From positions 1 to 31,402 of the IMG/VR virus record IMGVR_UViG_3300024309_000078: 31,402 nucleotides of DNA. One strand, given 5' to 3'. Each line of letters opens with the position of its first letter. Within the stretch, counting starts at the first letter, position 1. This stretch comes from a virus. Lineage: Duplodnaviria > Caudoviricetes. The translations under genes were made by a program, and so were the position numbers. This document shows, in pieces, positions 26,989-31,402 of the stretch. Under the pieces are notes generated by a model. It saw only the letters and a list, made by a program, of their open reading frames with translations, made no database searches and was not told the origin of the DNA.

Positions 26989-27240
26989 CTATTTTATGTT
27001 TTCTACCAATCGCTTACGTAAAAGGTATTCGGATTGAAATAAAAAACGGTCGGTGTTCCATTTTTCAACCTCGGGTATCTTGGTAAAATCACCAGCGGTG
27101 AGTAAATAAAACATTTCCATATAACCACCGTAATGCTCATTAAACGCCTTACGCTCATACATTCCTTGCGTTTCCTCTTGATGAGGCTGATAGAAAACTG
27201 GCGGGTTGAAAATGTACGGGTAACGCTCTTTATAGTTCAA
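26989..27240 (-). CDS. Probable -1 frameshift extension of the upstream gene (gpGT-like chaperone C-terminus)
   Basis: Only a TTG start; its frame is open back to 27270 and overlaps the end of 27246-27626 in the -1 frame. Confidence 0.5.
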   Translation of the reverse strand: MNYKERYPYIFNPPVFYQPHQEETQGMYERKAFNEHYGGYMEMFYLLTAGDFTKIPEVEKWNTDRFLFQSEYLLRKRLVENIK

Positions 27241-27245
27241 TAAGC

Positions 27246-27626
27246 TTACAAGAAAGACTTTGTAATCTCTTCAACTTCTGCAAGACTCACTTTGTGAACA
27301 TCAACGGGAATTAATTTGTATTTCGGCTTAAGCAGGATTTGCAAAAGCGCTTCAAAATCATTTTCACGCTGGAACGTATCAACATCGATGAACTTATCGA
27401 TTACGCTTAAATCACCATCATATTTATAGCGAAACTGTACTTTCTTTGGTTCGGTTTGCATTGCCTTATTAAATGCGTTTAAATCACTTGTTTTAAAGTG
27501 TTCTTTAATCTTAGCAGTAACTAGTTCAATATCTGTTTCGTTTCCTTTGATTTCTTCGCCAAACTTGACCAATGCCAAGTAAGGAATATCATTTTTGGTT
27601 TTATAAATTCTGTCAGTTACTCTCAT
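27246..27626 (-). CDS. Putative tail assembly chaperone (gpG-like)
   Basis: 126 aa ending ITKSFL*, followed by a -1 frame ORF. Confidence 0.5.
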   Translation of the reverse strand: MRVTDRIYKTKNDIPYLALVKFGEEIKGNETDIELVTAKIKEHFKTSDLNAFNKAMQTEPKKVQFRYKYDGDLSVIDKFIDVDTFQRENDFEALLQILLKPKYKLIPVDVHKVSLAEVEEITKSFL

Positions 27627-27865
27627 TATTTCAACGCTCTTTTTAACTTTTGGTATTCATGTACCGCTTTAAGTAATCCCAAATCGATTTTATTTTTGTC
27701 TGGAAAAAGTTCTTTAAAAACCTCTTCTTTCTCGATTTCATTTTCTTTCAATTCCCTGTAATCCTGTTTTAATAATGGGAACAAATTTTTTAGCATCAGG
27801 ATTACATTTGCGTTACCGTTGCTTGGTGTTTGACTGCATCCCGTACAACCTTTATTTTTTGACAT
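27626..27865 (-). CDS. Hypothetical protein with N-terminal CxxC (79 aa)
   Basis: GCTGC motif; TAATG-coupled to the next gene. Confidence 0.65.
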   Translation of the reverse strand: MSKNKGCTGCSQTPSNGNANVILMLKNLFPLLKQDYRELKENEIEKEEVFKELFPDKNKIDLGLLKAVHEYQKLKRALK

Positions 27866-27908
27866 AGTTTTTATTTTAAATTTCTCGTTATAAATCTTAA
27901 TGTAAAGT

Positions 27909-29114
27909 TTAAAGCACCTGTGATTTCATACCGTAAAGCTTTTTAAAACAAGCGTAACCGCCCGCCTCGGTGATGTGGTCATAACCACCCGATTTATCAG
28001 GAACACCGTTTTTGTAAATTTGATTTTCCAATGCTTCGGTATAATTTGGACATCTGATGTCGTTTACATAATAATTGCCATTTTCAAATGCGAGGTTCAC
28101 ACTATTGACTCTATCGCTAATTGATGGATTTTTACGAGGCGCATCGATTACAAAACCATTTGATTTAATAATATCAAAGTTTGATGCCCCGTTACTGGCT
28201 CTTGCTGAACCCGAAGCGTCAGGAATAACAAAGACCTTGTAACCTGTAAAACGTTCTTTCAAAATATCGCAAACATCTTGGGTATTAAAACCGTTAGTTA
28301 TCTCATCAACTGCGTGCAAAACACCATTTCTGATGACGTGTACAACCGCATTCATTTTGGTAACGTTGAAATCCAGCCCGATATAAAGGGTATCACCCGC
28401 TTGAATTGTTTCGACGCTCTTGTTTACCTTACGATTGAATGATTTGTAAACACTTGAACTATTTAAATTCACAAACTCACCATTGATGTAAGCGTTAAAT
28501 AATGCTTCACTGTAAGATTGTCGTAACGTTTCGATATAATTTGCTGGCAAATGGGGGTTATCATAGGTCTTTGCACGAATAACTTTCTTATTTGAGTTGT
28601 ATTCTTTGACAAAGAACTCGTATAACCAACCAAAACCCTCGGGCGTTGAAACTGTATCAACTGCGTTGCTTTCATTATTTGGAAGTTTCAACCTGTTACG
28701 TCCCAAGATTCTAATAAAAATATCGGACATCTTACCCTTTGGCAACGTATCGGCTTCATCAATCATACTATATGCCACCTCATAGCCAACAATTTTATTA
28801 GGGTCGGACATATTACGCAACAAGATTTTACCGTAATCTGTTGTAATCGTGTTATCGTGTTTATTGATTTTGAATTTAATACCGAATTCGGTTAATAGTT
28901 CACTAAACTTTGGTAAAGCGATGTCTTTGATTAATGCATATGTCGGAAGATAATAAGCAACATTTAAACCGCTGTATTCAATCTTTTTAATGATTGTTTT
29001 CATTACACCAGCGTGCGACTTTCCAGCACCATAACCACCAATTAAGGCGGTGTGTGTTGACTTTGATAAAAGAAACTCTTTTTGATGTTTAAGAGGTTTA
29101 ATTGTCAGCTGCAT
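27909..29114 (-). CDS. terL: Terminase large subunit
   Basis: Walker A GGYGAGKS, Walker B MIDEAD, STPEG coupling motif, nuclease GLDFN and DH motifs; start set at ATG 29114. Confidence 0.95.
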   Translation of the reverse strand: MQLTIKPLKHQKEFLLSKSTHTALIGGYGAGKSHAGVMKTIIKKIEYSGLNVAYYLPTYALIKDIALPKFSELLTEFGIKFKINKHDNTITTDYGKILLRNMSDPNKIVGYEVAYSMIDEADTLPKGKMSDIFIRILGRNRLKLPNNESNAVDTVSTPEGFGWLYEFFVKEYNSNKKVIRAKTYDNPHLPANYIETLRQSYSEALFNAYINGEFVNLNSSSVYKSFNRKVNKSVETIQAGDTLYIGLDFNVTKMNAVVHVIRNGVLHAVDEITNGFNTQDVCDILKERFTGYKVFVIPDASGSARASNGASNFDIIKSNGFVIDAPRKNPSISDRVNSVNLAFENGNYYVNDIRCPNYTEALENQIYKNGVPDKSGGYDHITEAGGYACFKKLYGMKSQVL

Positions 29115-29553
29115 CAACGTCAATAAATCGAATGCTCGTTATCGGGTTGGCTGTATCATTTTCAACAATTACTTTTTCTCCATATTTGTTAGGGTTCATC
29201 TTCGATAAAACCCATTTCAAAGTGTTTATTTTTATACGCCTGTCTTCTACTGAATCTCTAACGATTGTCTCATGTAAAACACCGTTTCGATATTTCTTGA
29301 CTTCTTTCGGGCTTTCACTGTAAGCAATGCGTATCATTTCATCAAACAAAAATTGCTCTCTGTGCTTTTGCGCATCCTGATACATTATTTTGTATTCGGG
29401 ATTATTCTTTAACCAATATTGAAAAGTTGAAACTGAAACAACACCATACTCATTAAGTGTCTGCGTTAATGGATTACCCAACGCAATGCTGTCGCAAATA
29501 CGAATTACTGCGTTTGTTTTGTCTTCATCTGTAAATTTTTTATAACTGCTCAT
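29098..29553 (-). CDS. terS: Terminase small subunit (Sf6-like)
   Basis: N-terminal HTH (ICDSIALG...STFQYWL) and INTLKWVLSKMNPNKYGEK; overlaps the terL start. Confidence 0.88.
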   Translation of the reverse strand: MSSYKKFTDEDKTNAVIRICDSIALGNPLTQTLNEYGVVSVSTFQYWLKNNPEYKIMYQDAQKHREQFLFDEMIRIAYSESPKEVKKYRNGVLHETIVRDSVEDRRIKINTLKWVLSKMNPNKYGEKVIVENDTANPITSIRFIDVDAADN

Positions 29554-29580
29554 ACAAGTATTATAGTGGTCAACTGTATG

Positions 29581-30231
29581 TTAGAAGCTTTCTTTAATCA
29601 TATTTTTGAAAAAAACATTTTTCTTCAGACGCTTAATAATTCTTTTTAACTTGTTGTGTGTAAATTGTTTCGATTCGTTAATTGATTGAGCAATCATTTT
29701 GAGCTGCATTTCATCATCTGAGCAGTATCGTTTTAGAAGCAAATCGAGTTCGTCGTCAGTGGTTAGTTTATTAATCATAAACCAAAAAAGTTGCTTATCG
29801 ATTCCGTTTTCTTCTAATTCGGTTTCAACATCAAAGTTTTCGATGTCGTGTAAGGTGATTTCTTGGAGTTCGCCCGCTTTAACCTTTTGGTACATGTGTT
29901 GCGGGATTGGTATAACATTGCTAACTCGATTTAAGCCATTATTAATTTCGTTGGTTATGCATCGGGTCGCATAAGTAGAAAACTTATAATTTAGCTCGGG
30001 GTTGAAATTTTCTATTGCCTTTAGCAAACCAATAAACCCGTATTGCTCTACATCATCAATATTGTTTTTGTATCTACTGGTAATTGAAAAGACCAACTTA
30101 ACGTTAGCGTTAAAAATTTGGTCTCTTATCTGCAAAGATTTCGTTCTTCTAAATTCTGCAAAAAGGTCATGTAAATCATTATACTGTAAGTCTTGAGTTA
30201 CTACTTTAATTTCTCGATGAAATTGTTTCAT
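29581..30231 (-). CDS. Phage-encoded sigma70-family RNA polymerase sigma factor
   Basis: Region 2 (NVKLVFSI...DDVEQYGFIGLLKAIENFNPELNYKFSTYA) and region 4 HTH (LKMIAQSINESKQ); start reassigned to ATG 30231 (MKQFH). Confidence 0.9.
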   Translation of the reverse strand: MKQFHREIKVVTQDLQYNDLHDLFAEFRRTKSLQIRDQIFNANVKLVFSITSRYKNNIDDVEQYGFIGLLKAIENFNPELNYKFSTYATRCITNEINNGLNRVSNVIPIPQHMYQKVKAGELQEITLHDIENFDVETELEENGIDKQLFWFMINKLTTDDELDLLLKRYCSDDEMQLKMIAQSINESKQFTHNKLKRIIKRLKKNVFFKNMIKESF

Positions 30232-30301
30232 TAAATTCTTATTTTTATAGAAAAATATAATCTCAAATACCTTTAAGTAAAGGGGATAAATCAAAGTTTT
30301 T

Positions 30302-31282
30302 ATGGCAAAGAGAAAAAGTGGCAAGCCTTTAGAAAAAACAATTAAGTTAATCGAGGAAGTTTATAATAACTCGCCAGATAACCAAGTTTTCCTAAATCAT
30401 ACATTAATTTGCGAAAGTGGAATTGAAAGGGAATTTGATGTAATTGTAAAGTCCAAAGTGAATGATTACGACATATGCATTGCATTTGAATGTAAGGACT
30501 ATACGTCTAAGGTTTCAATTGAGAAAATCGAAGCTTTTAAATCCAAGTGTTCTACTGTAAAAGAAATTAATAAGATGGTATTTGTTAGCGCATTTGGTTA
30601 CCAACGTGGTGCAATTACACAGGCAAAAAACTTTGGAATTAAGCTTTTAACAGCTGAGCAGGTCAGTACTGAATACTTAAATGACTTAATCCCCAATTTT
30701 TCACATTTTAAACTTGAAATTACCAAAAAAAATCTTGAACATCTTATAACCTTAGGAAGTAACGAATCAATTGATATTGAGGAATCAAGACGTGATTACA
30801 AGAATGAGGTTATAGATTATTCAACTGGCATAAAATATCACATTACTGAATTGATGAAGAAAACTTTCGACGCTTCTTCTCAATTTATAAATGAGCAATC
30901 ATTAAAACATTACGTTACTCACATCCGTACAATTGAACAAAATCCTAGTATGAATCTAATGTTAGGGATAAATATTCCTCCAACTACCTTTTATTTTGAA
31001 GACAAGAATTTAAAAAAAATTGACTTAATCAAATTAGAATTTCCTATTGAAATAAATTTCAATAAAAAAATTAAACCAAAATCAGGGCGAGTTATAAAAA
31101 ATTCAGACAATTCAATAAAAGCGCACTCAATTTTATTTAAAATTGACGAAAATACGGAAAGTGAAATGATTCTAAAACCTGATAATAACTTTACATTTTT
31201 TCACACTATAAATAAAGAAACAGTTGAATTTAAAACTCTAGCATCATATGACCCAAAAAGTAATAAAATAACGAGTCCATAA
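30302..31282 (+). CDS. Mrr-like (PD-(D/E)xK) restriction endonuclease domain protein with unknown C-terminal domain
   Basis: REFDVIV...AFECKDY...VSIEKIEAF...VSAFGYQRGA pattern. Confidence 0.8.
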   Translation: MAKRKSGKPLEKTIKLIEEVYNNSPDNQVFLNHTLICESGIEREFDVIVKSKVNDYDICIAFECKDYTSKVSIEKIEAFKSKCSTVKEINKMVFVSAFGYQRGAITQAKNFGIKLLTAEQVSTEYLNDLIPNFSHFKLEITKKNLEHLITLGSNESIDIEESRRDYKNEVIDYSTGIKYHITELMKKTFDASSQFINEQSLKHYVTHIRTIEQNPSMNLMLGINIPPTTFYFEDKNLKKIDLIKLEFPIEINFNKKIKPKSGRVIKNSDNSIKAHSILFKIDENTESEMILKPDNNFTFFHTINKETVEFKTLASYDPKSNKITSP

Positions 31283-31331
31283 ATTACTGACTAATAAAGA
31301 AATTGTTTTTTTTAATGCCGACAAGTAAGTA

Positions 31332-31351
31332 ATTACGATTTCAACTGTAAT
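31332..31351. other. Prophage attachment junction within comM
   Basis: ATTAC-N10-GTAAT dyad centred on TC at 31341-31342, at the codon where ComM similarity stops. Confidence 0.65.
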
Positions 31352-31402
31352 CGTTGTGGCTTCAACTCCAAAAACGGCACTTCCGTAAACTTTTACTAAC
31401 AT
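31340..31402 (-). pseudogene. comM: 5' fragment (21 codons) of ComM/YifB Mg-chelatase-like AAA+ ATPase gene, interrupted by the prophage
   Basis: Translates MLVKVYGSAVFGVEATTITVE, recognised as the flavobacterial YifB/ComM N-terminus, then runs into unrelated sequence and stops at 31244. Confidence 0.85.

Larger units (their letters stand above)
1..31341. mobile_element. Tailed prophage (probably siphovirus-like) of a Flavobacteriaceae host, integrated in comM/yifB; left boundary lies outside the window
   Basis: Terminase, portal, protease, capsid, tail fibre, endolysin/holin, origin and recombinase genes are all present; a truncated comM 5' end sits at the right edge. Confidence 0.92.

Noticed and set aside
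16411-27893. TTTATAACGA shared upstream of 16392 and 27865 as a promoter motif
   Set aside because: Only two AT-rich copies with no consistent upstream element; insufficient support without TSS data.
29572-29580. CATACAGT upstream of terS as a SigE-type -10 element
   Set aside because: Single occurrence; the TATRAT box with fixed spacing recurs at other late leaders and is the better candidate.
11943-30196. Numerous plus-strand ORFs of 60-125 aa inside structural genes, and 4817-5392 antisense to the Rep-like gene
   Set aside because: Antisense shadows of long genuine genes, with non-ATG starts and no recognisable motifs.
30232-30324. N-terminal extensions given by the ORF track for sigma (30324), protease (18640) and portal (15504)
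   Set aside because: They overlap a divergent gene or promoter region; downstream ATGs at 30231, 18595 and 15474 fit better.

Overview
AT-rich Bacteroidota DNA (most likely Flavobacterium) that is almost entirely one compact, apparently near-complete tailed prophage of about 31.3 kb. The last 63 bp (minus strand) encode the first 21 codons of a ComM/YifB-family gene, which breaks off at a symmetric ATTAC-N10-GTAAT site, so the element appears to be integrated into comM. The only recombinase is a small resolvase-type serine recombinase at the opposite end; the other att site and the rest of comM should lie just left of position 1. Left to right: recombinase; a roughly 500-bp micro-cassette (two peptides, twin palindromic operators, convergent promoters); hypothetical genes; an orphan C5 DNA methyltransferase; an origin with six 22-bp iterons upstream of an HTH Rep-like gene; an ART-like gene; a PD-(D/E)xK nuclease plus GH19 endolysin; low-GC membrane-protein cargo; a long minus-strand virion region with unusual gene order headed by a phage sigma factor; and an Mrr-like endonuclease next to the att site. 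No CI-type repressor, helicase or polymerase is recognisable. All protein calls come from motif recognition by eye; no database search was run.
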